A DNA stretch of 64,000 nucleotides from Candidatus Poribacteria bacterium. GTDB taxonomy: Bacteria > Poribacteria > WGA-4E > PCPOR2b. The stretch's first letter is position 1. Every line of letters begins with the position of its first letter. The notes under the pieces are model-generated. The model saw only the letters and a list, made by a program, of their open reading frames with translations, was not told the DNA's origin and ran no database searches. The stretch is taken from positions 4,000,001-4,064,000 of the forward strand of contig OZ220744.1 in the NCBI GenBank assembly GCA_965116925.1. The letters are read 5' to 3'. The translations under genes were made by a program, and so were the position numbers. Shown here piece by piece: positions 9,906-19,103 of this stretch.

Positions 9906-11801
9906 TCACCGCCTCATCTCCTCCAAAAATGGATTGCTTTCATCGTAGTAATATGCAGCCTCTTCAACGGAAACTTGACTGTCCTTGGTAAGCCGTAGCG
10001 GGGCAGAAAACTGCTCGATAACCCCCTTTTGAGCCAGCCATTCGCAGACAAGTCCGACCCAAGCCTGCCGCACTCCGAAGTGGTCGCTCAACTCAGTGGC
10101 AGTGCGCGTGCCGCCTGCGCCCGCCAAGAAGTCGAAAAGCGGTTGAAAAAGGGTGAAGGTCTGATCTTCCAGATAGCGATCGATCGTCTCAAGTGCATGA
10201 CGAACTGTCTCCTCATCCTTCTCTTTATTGATCAGGTTTGTAAAAACTGCGTCAAAGAAATTGGGATTATGCATTATGGCCTGATAAATGGCTTTCCGCT
10301 TTGGCACTTCCCCGTGTATGATGGCTTCAACCCGTGCCAACTGCTGAACCATAAACATGATGTATAAAAAGCTATAGTTGAGATCCTTTTTCACATAGAA
10401 CCATTTCTCCGCCTTTGTCAATAGTGCGAAGATACTATTACCGGCGTTTATGGATTGTGTTTCCCGGTCTCTTTCGCCAACGCGCTCAAGGTTGTTATGC
10501 CATTCCTCAACAACTTCATCCCTTGTAAAAAGTACCCGACTTCTGGAGAGAACTGAATGCAACTCACTCCCCTGCAATCCTCCTTCTAGGATTTGCTGGT
10601 ATCGTTTTCGTGGATGCATCGTCACATTGATATTCACGCCGCCTTCTACTAAGCTATAGTGTTCATCGAATTTTGCATCGTCGCGCCCGATGAGGAGAAG
10701 GTTGATATCGGTATGCTCCCAAACATTATCTGCTGCGAGGTTGCTGGTGAGAATCGCTGCGATGATGTATCGGTCGTCTTTGACCTTATCCACGAAGGTA
10801 TTCAGCGCGTCCATGATTCGTGGGTGTGCGTCCGACTTCAATTGCGGGGGAGGCGATTCGTCCATTGTGGTAGCTGCCTCCCGGTCATAATAGTAGGCGG
10901 CTTCTTCCATCTCAATCTGACTTTTCAGCGTGAGTTTTACGGGGGTAGATACCTGCTGAATGATACCCTTTCGCGCCAACCATTCATAGGCAGCGTCAAG
11001 ACGATTATCGCCGATCTTCTTTTGGAAATAGCTGTTCAATTCTGTCGTAGATCGGGGACCGTTCGCTTCGGCTAAGAAATCCAAGATTGGCTGAAAGATA
11101 AACAGTTTCTCGTCGAGGTAGGTATTGATGGTATCTAGGGCGTTTTGGATGACCGCCTCATTTTTCTCACGGTTAATCAGATCTGAATAGGTAACGCGGA
11201 AAAAGTCAGGATTATATTCAAGGGCGGGCTGGATGACCTCTCGCGATGGCACTTCATCGTTCAGGATCACTTCAATTCTCGCCAAGCTTTCTACTGCACG
11301 CAGGATGGATAGGAAGCTATAGTTGAGGTCGCTGTTGACATAAAACTGCTTTTCGGTATATTTCAATGTGGGAAGCAATCCGGTTGCGACAATGAGGAGT
11401 TGGAGTGCCCTATCCCTCGCACCGATGTTATGTAGATTGGCGTTTTGATACCATGTCTTGACTGATTCATCGCTGCAGAAAAGGAGGGTGCTACGGGAGA
11501 AGAAGGAGTGCTCAAATGAGCCTTGCAGGGCTGCCTCCTGCCATTGTCTCAATTGACCCCTTGGTACCACTTCCGCATGGATGTTGACATCGTTTTCTGT
11601 TAAAGTGTAACCTCTGGGGTCACCTTTTCCCTCCCTCTGAACAAGCAAGAGGTCGATATCGGACTTGTCCCAGACCTGATCGTAGGACATGCTGCCGCAC
11701 AGAATGGCAGCGATGATATTTCGATCTTTCTGGACCTTTGTGACGAGGGAATCCAGGGCATCATGATAGCGTTTTTCAACAACGGCTTGTGATTCTACCA
11801 T
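9906..11801 (-). CDS. Internally duplicated nucleotidyltransferase-like protein (two ~315-aa modules, each NTase + helical domain + probable wHTH)
   Basis: Module 1 has AILCGSMSYDQVWDKSDIDL (pol-beta GS..DxD); module 2 has AILTSNLAADNVWEHTDINL; both end in EEAAYYYD; AAGGAG RBS before MVESQ. Confidence 0.75.
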   Translation of the reverse strand: MVESQAVVEKRYHDALDSLVTKVQKDRNIIAAILCGSMSYDQVWDKSDIDLLLVQREGKGDPRGYTLTENDVNIHAEVVPRGQLRQWQEAALQGSFEHSFFSRSTLLFCSDESVKTWYQNANLHNIGARDRALQLLIVATGLLPTLKYTEKQFYVNSDLNYSFLSILRAVESLARIEVILNDEVPSREVIQPALEYNPDFFRVTYSDLINREKNEAVIQNALDTINTYLDEKLFIFQPILDFLAEANGPRSTTELNSYFQKKIGDNRLDAAYEWLARKGIIQQVSTPVKLTLKSQIEMEEAAYYYDREAATTMDESPPPQLKSDAHPRIMDALNTFVDKVKDDRYIIAAILTSNLAADNVWEHTDINLLLIGRDDAKFDEHYSLVEGGVNINVTMHPRKRYQQILEGGLQGSELHSVLSRSRVLFTRDEVVEEWHNNLERVGERDRETQSINAGNSIFALLTKAEKWFYVKKDLNYSFLYIMFMVQQLARVEAIIHGEVPKRKAIYQAIMHNPNFFDAVFTNLINKEKDEETVRHALETIDRYLEDQTFTLFQPLFDFLAGAGGTRTATELSDHFGVRQAWVGLVCEWLAQKGVIEQFSAPLRLTKDSQVSVEEAAYYYDESNPFLEEMRR

Positions 11802-12148
11802 TTGACGGTCTCCTTTCCAAGTAGCATTGCAATATAGCACATATATGTGAAGTGTTCAAGAAAAATCTAAGGACAGTCAATGAGCATAGCGAGTGTAGCA
11901 TTTTTGCAACGGTGGTGTGGCACAATTTCGATAACTGCTTTGTTGGCACGACGCTCCATTTGAAATGACGGCTCAGGTCAAAAGCAGATGTAAAGTCCCC
12001 CAGAGAAAGCGTTTGCCGAGAAAGTCGGTTTTTCGCACAATTGTTTCAGGTGGTTCAAGGTAACTGTGGCATCTAAATTGCTTGGTGGTTGATGAACTGG
12101 TGAATTTCGTTTGGCAACAATTTTTGGGGGACAAAGGAGGAACAGAAA

Positions 12149-12427
12149 ATGCAGCGGAGATACAATCCCACATATTTCGTTTTCGCTTTAGGCCTGGCGT
12201 TGTCAATGATAGGTGTTGACGCACAGGCACAGGTTGCCTTTGCATCCAATAGGGAGGGGAACTTTGAAATTTACGTGATGAACGCCAACGGGAAGAACCC
12301 TCAAAATCTCACTGGAAAGTTTTTCGATCAGGACGTCACTCCTGCGTGGTTTCGTCCACCTCTTGGGGTTGCTTCTGCGGGCAAAAAATTTACGATGTGG
12401 GGCTGGCTCAAACAGGTTGTCCGATAA
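12149..12427 (+). CDS. Small secreted protein: signal peptide, single PD40 repeat, TxWGxxK tail (possibly an internally deleted TolB-like gene)
   Basis: AAGGAGG RBS; FASNREGNFEIYVMNANGKNPQNLT; ends GKKFTMWGWLKQVVR. Confidence 0.65.
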   Translation: MQRRYNPTYFVFALGLALSMIGVDAQAQVAFASNREGNFEIYVMNANGKNPQNLTGKFFDQDVTPAWFRPPLGVASAGKKFTMWGWLKQVVR

Positions 12428-12552
12428 CCGCCGCGGATTGGGACGAAGGTGGGCTAGGAGGCCTACTCTACCAATTATCGGGGTGAGATAAGAAATTCGA
12501 CTGACTGGAATAGAAGGTGTTACCTCTCTACTTCAAAAAGGAGGATTACCCC

Positions 12553-15500
12553 ATGAAAAAGGGATTGTTTTTCAAGTTAAGCCTTTTGTTTGTTTTTGCT
12601 CTGTTTCTACAAGATGGCTTCACCCAAGATTCTCCGCAATGGCGTTTACCCGAAGGTGTCAAGGCGCGCCTCGGTCGAGGCAGGATAGTTGAGATGCGGT
12701 ATTCCCCGGACGGAGCGCGTCTTGCTGTCGCTAGCTCCATCGGGATTTGGTTCTATGATACGGCGACCCTTCAAGAGGTTGACCTGTTCACCGGGCATAC
12801 ATCGTGGGTCACTGCTATTGCATTTAGCCCGGATGGAGGGACGCTCGCTAGCGGTGCCGGTTGGCAGGACAATACCATCCGCCTATGGGATGCTGCCACA
12901 GGTGAATATAAGCGAACCCTCACCGGGCATAGTTGGACTGTCCATAGCGTGGCGTTTAGTCCGGATGGGAAAATGCTAGCAAGTGGGAGCGGAGATCAGA
13001 CCGTCCGTCTGTGGGATGTCGCTACGGGTGAAGAAAAGTGGAGTTTCAGCGATTCCAGATCCTGGGTACAGAGCGTTGCGTTTAGCCCAGATGGAGAAAC
13101 GCTGGCATGTGGACATTCAAATGGCAGATTGAGATTATGGGATGTTATGACGGGTGAACAGAAGTGGATAAACGGGCATCCAACTGTGATCTGGAATATC
13201 GCGTTCAGCCCGGACGGAGAGATGTTGGCGAGTGTGAGTGGGGACCAGACCATCCTTCTATGGGAGGCCGCGACAGGTGAACGCAAACGAACCCTCACCG
13301 AGCATACAGATAGGGTCACTAGCGTTGCGTTCAGTCCAGATGGGGAGACGCTGGCAAGTGGGAGTTGGGGTGGTACAGTGCGGCTGTGGAATGCTGTGAC
13401 GGGTGAAAACAAGTTGACAATCGGACAGCTGGGTTTGGTCGAAAATGTTGTCTTCAGTCCGGACGGGGAGACACTGGCAAGCGAGAGTAATGACGGGACC
13501 ATTCGTTTGTGGGATGTCACCACGGGTGAACAGCAGGGGACGATCACCGGGTATGCGTCTGGGGTGAGGAGTGTAGCGTTCAGTCCAAATGGGGAGATAC
13601 TAGCAAGTGGGGAGGAGAATGGTGCGGTATATCTTTGGGATGGGATGACGAGAAGGTACAAGCAAACCCTCTCCGGGCACACAGATTGGATCAATAGCGT
13701 CGCATTCAGCCCGGATGGACGCACACTGGCAAGTGGGAGTAATGAGATCATCCGTTTGTGGGATGTTGTAACGGGTGAGAATAAACAGACAATTAAGGAT
13801 ACACCTTCTGTTAGTAGCGTCGCGTTCAGTCCGGATGGGAAGACTCTGGCGAGTGTGGGTGGGAATGAGACCATCCGTTTGTGGGATGCTGTAACCGGGG
13901 AACAGAAAGATACCCTCACCGGGCATACAGATTGGGTCAGTAGTATTGTGTTCAGCCCGGATGGGAGAACGCTTGCCAGTGCGGGTGACGATACAGTACG
14001 CTTATGGGAAACTGTGACCAAAGAACAGAAGGATACCCTCACCGGGCATGCGCTCTGGATCAGGAGTATCGCGTTCAGTCCGGATGGGAGAACGCTAGCA
14101 GTTGGGAGTAGTCGAGAGATTCGTCTTTGGGATGTTATAACGGGTGAACACAAGGATACCCTCACCGGGCATGAACATGATGTCTTGAGTCTTGCGTTCA
14201 GCCCGGATGGAAGGACGCTTGCCAGTGGCGGGGGGCGATGGGACTATACCCTCCGTCTGTGGGATGTCGCCACAGGTGTCTCCAAGGGGACTCTCACGGG
14301 GCATACGTGGAGTGTCACTAGCCTTGCGTTCAGCCCGGACGGGGAGACATTAGCGAGCGGGAGTGGGGATGGCACGGTGCTCTTGTGGGAACTTCCGCCC
14401 ACAAGGAAACACAAACACAGACTCACCGAGCATACGGATTCGATTTGGAGTGTAGCATTCAGTCCAGATGGACGTACCCTAGCAACTAGCAGCCGAGATG
14501 AGACCGTCCGGCTGTGGGACGCGGTCACAGGTGCACACACACGCACTTTCACAGTGAATACGTTGTGGGTACGGAGCGTAGCATTCAGTCCAGATGGACG
14601 TACCCTAGCAAGCGGGAGTTATGACGAGATCCGCTTGTGGGATGCTGTAACAGGTGAACGGAGAGGGATTCTCACCGTGAATACGGGCGTCAGTGATATA
14701 GCGTTCAGTCCGGATGGACGTACACTGGCGAGTGGAAATTTGGACGAGACTATCCGTTTGTGGGAGGTCGCCACAGGTGAATATAGGCAGATCTTCACCG
14801 AGGATACGTCTGGGGTTGATAGTGTCGCATTCAGTCCAGATGGGAAAACACTGGCAAGTGGTGGCGGCTGGTGGGATGATACCATTCGTCTTTGGGATAT
14901 TGCAACAGGTGAACAGAAGGGGATTCTCACCGGACATACCGCTGGGGTCAGTGATGTGGCGTTCAGTCCAGACGGACGGATATTGGCAAGTAGCAGCTAT
15001 GATGCTACCGTCCGTTTGTGGGATACCGTCACGGGTGAACACCTCCGTACTCTCACCGGGCATAAACATGATGTATTGAGTCTTGCATTCAGTCCGGATG
15101 GACGGACGCTGGCAAGTGGAAGTAGAGACGAGACCACCGGTCTGTGGGATGTCGCCACGGGGGAACAGAAGGGGACTCTCGCCGGACATACGGGTTGGGT
15201 CAGTGATGTGGCGTTCAGCCCGGATGGACGGACGCTGGCAACCGGGAGTGAGGATGGCACGGTGCTCCTGTGGGAACTCCCGCTCCCAACGGTGTTCGGA
15301 GATGTCAACCGCGATGGTGTGGTGAACCTCCAAGATTTGGTGACCATTAGCTCACACTTTGGAAGGGGAGGACAGAACGATGCTGACCTCAACGGGGATG
15401 GCGTGGTGAATATCCTGGATCTCGTCGCGGTTGCCGGGGCGATAGGGGAGACCGCGGCGGCACCTTCCGCACATCCCGTGACGCTTGGTGCCCTCACCGC

Positions 15501-15903
15501 GGCGGAGGTTCGGGGTTGGCTCACGCAAGCACAGAGGTTAGATCCCACGGATTTAAGGTTGCGAAGAGGGATTTTCTTCCTTGAGCAGCTCCTCGCTGCC
15601 TTGACACCGAAAGAGACAGGACTGTTACCCAACTATCCGAATCCGTTCAATCCAGAGACGTGGATACCGTATCATCTTGCGTATGCCACCGATGTGATAC
15701 TCACAATCTACGACGCAAAAGGAGCGATAGTGCGTCAGTTAGATCTGGGACATCAGGCGGCAGGATTCTACGTTGCTCGGAGCCGTGCAGCGTATTGGGA
15801 CGGACGCAATCAATTGGGTGAGTCTATCGCCAGTGGTCTCTATTTTTACACGCTCACAGCGGGAGATTTTACGGCGACACGGAAGATGTCGATCCGCAAG
15901 TAG
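12553..15903 (+). CDS. Secreted WD40-repeat protein (21 repeats) with a dockerin-like domain and a C-terminal FlgD-Ig-like domain
   Basis: Signal peptide; repeated GH..V.SVAFSPDG..LASG...D.T.RLWD; GDVNRDGVVNLQDL / ADLNGDGVVNILDL; LLPNYPNPFNPETWIPY...YWDGRN...ASGLYFY. Confidence 0.92.
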   Translation: MKKGLFFKLSLLFVFALFLQDGFTQDSPQWRLPEGVKARLGRGRIVEMRYSPDGARLAVASSIGIWFYDTATLQEVDLFTGHTSWVTAIAFSPDGGTLASGAGWQDNTIRLWDAATGEYKRTLTGHSWTVHSVAFSPDGKMLASGSGDQTVRLWDVATGEEKWSFSDSRSWVQSVAFSPDGETLACGHSNGRLRLWDVMTGEQKWINGHPTVIWNIAFSPDGEMLASVSGDQTILLWEAATGERKRTLTEHTDRVTSVAFSPDGETLASGSWGGTVRLWNAVTGENKLTIGQLGLVENVVFSPDGETLASESNDGTIRLWDVTTGEQQGTITGYASGVRSVAFSPNGEILASGEENGAVYLWDGMTRRYKQTLSGHTDWINSVAFSPDGRTLASGSNEIIRLWDVVTGENKQTIKDTPSVSSVAFSPDGKTLASVGGNETIRLWDAVTGEQKDTLTGHTDWVSSIVFSPDGRTLASAGDDTVRLWETVTKEQKDTLTGHALWIRSIAFSPDGRTLAVGSSREIRLWDVITGEHKDTLTGHEHDVLSLAFSPDGRTLASGGGRWDYTLRLWDVATGVSKGTLTGHTWSVTSLAFSPDGETLASGSGDGTVLLWELPPTRKHKHRLTEHTDSIWSVAFSPDGRTLATSSRDETVRLWDAVTGAHTRTFTVNTLWVRSVAFSPDGRTLASGSYDEIRLWDAVTGERRGILTVNTGVSDIAFSPDGRTLASGNLDETIRLWEVATGEYRQIFTEDTSGVDSVAFSPDGKTLASGGGWWDDTIRLWDIATGEQKGILTGHTAGVSDVAFSPDGRILASSSYDATVRLWDTVTGEHLRTLTGHKHDVLSLAFSPDGRTLASGSRDETTGLWDVATGEQKGTLAGHTGWVSDVAFSPDGRTLATGSEDGTVLLWELPLPTVFGDVNRDGVVNLQDLVTISSHFGRGGQNDADLNGDGVVNILDLVAVAGAIGETAAAPSAHPVTLGALTAAEVRGWLTQAQRLDPTDLRLRRGIFFLEQLLAALTPKETGLLPNYPNPFNPETWIPYHLAYATDVILTIYDAKGAIVRQLDLGHQAAGFYVARSRAAYWDGRNQLGESIASGLYFYTLTAGDFTATRKMSIRK

Positions 15904-15916
15904 GGCGTTCTGAAAT

Positions 15917-16969
15917 TCAAAATTTGCCATCCCGCACCTCAAACTTCGTCGGTTTCCCCAAGGTTGTTCCTCCAATTTCTGCCCAATGCGCCACCCATTG
16001 CACCATCTGTTCAAGTGACATTTGCGGATAACCGAAGAGTTGATGACAGCGAGCGGCGTTACTCAGGAGTGCGGTTTCTGCCTCTACCCCCTCAAAGGCG
16101 GGTGTTTTTCCGAAAATTTCACCGAATCGTGTGGCGAGCCAGCGAATCGAAACGATTTCTGGACCTGTGAGATTAAGCAGCATCGGTGGACTTTGGCAGT
16201 GCATGAGGGCACGCAGTACGACTGCGTTTGCGTCTCCTTGCCAGATGACGTTGGCGGACCCCATTGTCACATCTACAGGTTTTTCGTAATAAACCTTTTC
16301 TGCGATGTCCAGCAGGATGCCGTACCGCAGATCGATGGCGTAGTTCAAACGGAGGATTGCGAGAGGTGTACCAAATTGATTTGAGGCGTGCTCAAACACC
16401 CGCTCGCGACCGAGGCAGGATTGTGCATATTCGCCAATCGACTCCACAGGGTGCATCTCCGTAGCACCACCGTGTGAAATGGGTGTCAGTGGATAGACGT
16501 TCCCTGTTGAAAAAACAACGATTCGGGAGTTCCGATATTTTTCGGCAACCCGTCCGGGCATATAGGTATTCATTGCCCATGTCAGGGGTTCATTGCCGGT
16601 GGAGCCGAACTTTCTGCCCGCCATAAAAATCACATTGGGGATATCCGGCAACGCTTGCAACTCGGTTTCATTGAGCAGATCACACGCAATGGTTTCAACG
16701 CCTGCCTGATTTAGATCTGCTTGTAAGCCCTGTGATGAGAAACGGGATACCCCAATCACTCTCTTACCTGAACCTGATTCATCGATAGCGCGTTTTGCCA
16801 GTTTTGCGAGCGTCGGTCCCATCTTTCCACCCACACCGAGTATAAGCAGGTCGCCCGACGTTTCTCCTATCGCTTCAACGACCTCCGGTGTAGGCCTAGA
16901 CATCACTTCCTCAAGTTGCTCTGAATCCTCAATGTGTTGGGGCTGCAATAGTGTTTGCATTGTCCTCAT
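15917..16969 (-). CDS. NAD-dependent epimerase/dehydratase family protein
   Basis: ILGVGGKMG Rossmann motif, STGNVY, GEYAQSCLGRER, LRLNYA. Confidence 0.85.
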   Translation of the reverse strand: MRTMQTLLQPQHIEDSEQLEEVMSRPTPEVVEAIGETSGDLLILGVGGKMGPTLAKLAKRAIDESGSGKRVIGVSRFSSQGLQADLNQAGVETIACDLLNETELQALPDIPNVIFMAGRKFGSTGNEPLTWAMNTYMPGRVAEKYRNSRIVVFSTGNVYPLTPISHGGATEMHPVESIGEYAQSCLGRERVFEHASNQFGTPLAILRLNYAIDLRYGILLDIAEKVYYEKPVDVTMGSANVIWQGDANAVVLRALMHCQSPPMLLNLTGPEIVSIRWLATRFGEIFGKTPAFEGVEAETALLSNAARCHQLFGYPQMSLEQMVQWVAHWAEIGGTTLGKPTKFEVRDGKF

Positions 16970-16974
16970 TTCTG

Positions 16975-17865
16975 TTATTTTCGTCGTGAAAGATAGGAAG
17001 ACAGCGCGTAATCAAACGGTGTTGCTGTATCGATCTGTACGTAGTCGATTAGACTGGCACCACACCCCCGCCGGTAGGCTTGAATGAACTCATTCAAGTG
17101 TTCCAGATAGCCAGCTTTGAGTGCCTCTGCCTGTGTTGAGAGGGTTCCGTCTGTTTCCATATCGCGAAAAACCACGGGGCCCTCAAACGGGAATGTCATC
17201 TCGGCTTTGTCGAGCAGATGGAACACAATCACCTCGTGCTTGCGATGGCGAAAATGTTTGAGAGCAGAGAGCACTTCTGACGGCTGATCGAGGAGGTCGG
17301 AGATTACGATGACCAATCCACGACGAATAATCCGTTTGGCAAGTTCGTTAAAAGTGGCACTGATGCTCGTTTCTTCGCCCGGCTGAATGCTTTCTAAGGT
17401 AGACATAATGGCGTGTAGGTGGGTTGCGGCACCGCGCGGCGGGATGTATTCCCTGATATGTGTGTCAAAGACCGCCAAACCCGCCGAGTCCCGCTGCTTG
17501 AGCATGAGATATGTCAACGATGCGGCGAGATAACAGGCGTATTCAAACTTGGTGATGCCACTGTCCTCATATTTGTAGTTCATTGATCCGCTCGCATCGA
17601 GCAGGATATAGGCGCGGAGGTTGGTTTCTTCCTCAAACTTTTTGATGTAGTAACGGTCAGATTTGCCGTACACTTTCCAGTCGATATAACGGATGGCGTC
17701 GCCGGGCATGTATTGCCGATGCTCTGCGAATTCAACGCTGAAGCCCTGATATGGACTTTTGTGCCGTCCCGTGATAAAACCCTCCACGACAAGACGGGCG
17801 ACGAGTTCCATACCGCCGAGCCGGGAGAGTGCTGTGGGATCTAAGTATCTGTGAGATGTTCTCAT
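16975..17865 (-). CDS. DUF58 domain (vWA-like, MoxR-associated) protein
   Basis: GRHKSPYQGFSVEFAEHRQYMPGD, IDWKVYGK, EEET, LDASGSM, VISDL. Confidence 0.92.
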   Translation of the reverse strand: MRTSHRYLDPTALSRLGGMELVARLVVEGFITGRHKSPYQGFSVEFAEHRQYMPGDAIRYIDWKVYGKSDRYYIKKFEEETNLRAYILLDASGSMNYKYEDSGITKFEYACYLAASLTYLMLKQRDSAGLAVFDTHIREYIPPRGAATHLHAIMSTLESIQPGEETSISATFNELAKRIIRRGLVIVISDLLDQPSEVLSALKHFRHRKHEVIVFHLLDKAEMTFPFEGPVVFRDMETDGTLSTQAEALKAGYLEHLNEFIQAYRRGCGASLIDYVQIDTATPFDYALSSYLSRRK

Positions 17866-17879
17866 GATCTTTCCGTTTT

Positions 17880-17968
17880 GGCTCATGTTAAGAAATCGTG
17901 CAACAGGGCGGGGGAACCCCGCCCCTACGGTTTTTCATCGTGTTTTGCACTTTCTTTTTATATGAGCG
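17880..17968. mobile_element. MITE family C copy 1 with an 8-bp target duplication
   Basis: GGCTCATGTTAAGAAA ... TTTCTTTTTATATGAGCG, flanked by TCCGTTTT at 17872-17879 and 17969-17976. Confidence 0.8.
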
Positions 17969-17991
17969 TCCGTTTTTTGAAGAGGGATGTT

Positions 17992-18237
17992 GAGAGTAGA
18001 TTTTAGAATTAATGAGACACTCCAAATCGGCGCAGTTGGATGAAAATTAAAAGAATAATTCGGTAATTTGCTAGCGATGCCGGCGCGGTTGAAAACCGCG
18101 CCTACCGTATGTTTCGAGGCAAATAGGGATTACCGATTTAAATACTTAAACTTCATGAAACCGCACCTACCGGCCCCAATAAATTGGGATCGAAACCGAG
18201 GGGCGAAAGTGTCTGTTTATTTTTAGAATTCACTATA
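17992..18237. mobile_element. MITE family E copy 2, with nested element F (18040..18156)
   Basis: Homologous to 7181..7294; F has imperfect inverted ends ATGAAAATTAAAAGAATAATTCGGTAA / TTACCGATTTAAATACTTAAACTTCAT. Confidence 0.7.
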
Positions 18238-19065
18238 AGATGATTGTACGTTGAATATTCTCGCTTCCGGGTGAGGCACAATAATCGCAGCGGCCGAACC
18301 TTCTGGTGTCAGTTGAAATTCCTCTGAAAGTTCAACACCAATCCGCCCCGGCTCAAGCAGTCGCCATAGTTTGGCAAGCCCTGCTAAATCTGGACAGGCA
18401 GCATCCCCAAACCGAAAACGCGCCCCTTGATAGCTTCCGTGAAACAGATCGAGGATGTACGGACTATCTTCTGCGGCGATATCAAGTTCAAGACGGATCT
18501 GCCTGTGGGCATACTCTTCCAACGCTTCAGTCGTCTCAATAGCCATCCCACGCAGATGCAGGTATCTCCCTTCATTGTCTTCAGCCATTGCCCGTTCCAT
18601 AGCTTCGGCAATTGTGGAGCCAACCGTGACAAGCTGAAACGCTACAACATCCATCTGAATAGAATCAACGCTGGCAAAGTAATCGGTGATGCAGCGTCGT
18701 TCTTCGGTGTGGGTCTGACGGGGAAAGGTGAAACGGAGCCATTCGGTCTGGGCATCGGCATGGTAGATGATGAGGTCATCGCCATCCGACTGGGCATGGA
18801 AATAGCCGTACACCACCAATGGACGCAACCAATCGTTCTCCATGCAGAGCTGCTTGTAATGTTGGTATATCGGCACAACTTCCCGCTCGATGAAGCGATC
18901 ATACTCATGCTGCGACATACCTTGCTGACGACGATACCCCCACTGAACGCGGAACAGGACTACAGGGTTGATATAGTTGTAGACCTGTTCTAACGAGATG
19001 TCGGTGACAATCCTTGCGCCGTAGAATGGCGGCGTCGGAATGTGGGAATTGGACGCGAACTGCAA
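18223..19065 (-). CDS. Stand-alone B12-dependent methionine synthase activation (AdoMet-binding) domain
   Basis: PTPPFYG, LFRVQWG, VYGYF, FTFPRQ, CITDYF, LVTVG, YQGARFRFG.AACPDL, IGVELSEEFQL.PE; TTG start with AAGGAAGG upstream. Confidence 0.8.
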   Translation of the reverse strand: MQFASNSHIPTPPFYGARIVTDISLEQVYNYINPVVLFRVQWGYRRQQGMSQHEYDRFIEREVVPIYQHYKQLCMENDWLRPLVVYGYFHAQSDGDDLIIYHADAQTEWLRFTFPRQTHTEERRCITDYFASVDSIQMDVVAFQLVTVGSTIAEAMERAMAEDNEGRYLHLRGMAIETTEALEEYAHRQIRLELDIAAEDSPYILDLFHGSYQGARFRFGDAACPDLAGLAKLWRLLEPGRIGVELSEEFQLTPEGSAAAIIVPHPEARIFNVQSSYSEF

Positions 19066-19103
19066 GCTGTGGATCCTTCCTTAATTTTCTTGAGCCCCGT
19101 CCT

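Noticed and set aside
12553..15300. WD40 repeats as a diversity-generating retroelement target
   Set aside because: No reverse transcriptase in the window, and repeat differences are not adenine-specific.
12996..15632. Long antisense ORFs (389, 242 and 211 aa) over the WD40 gene
   Set aside because: Shadows of repetitive coding sequence on the opposite strand, with no independent motifs.
17866..17886. Upstream ATG for the DUF58 gene
   Set aside because: That ATG lies within the end of MITE C; ATG 17865 is more plausible.
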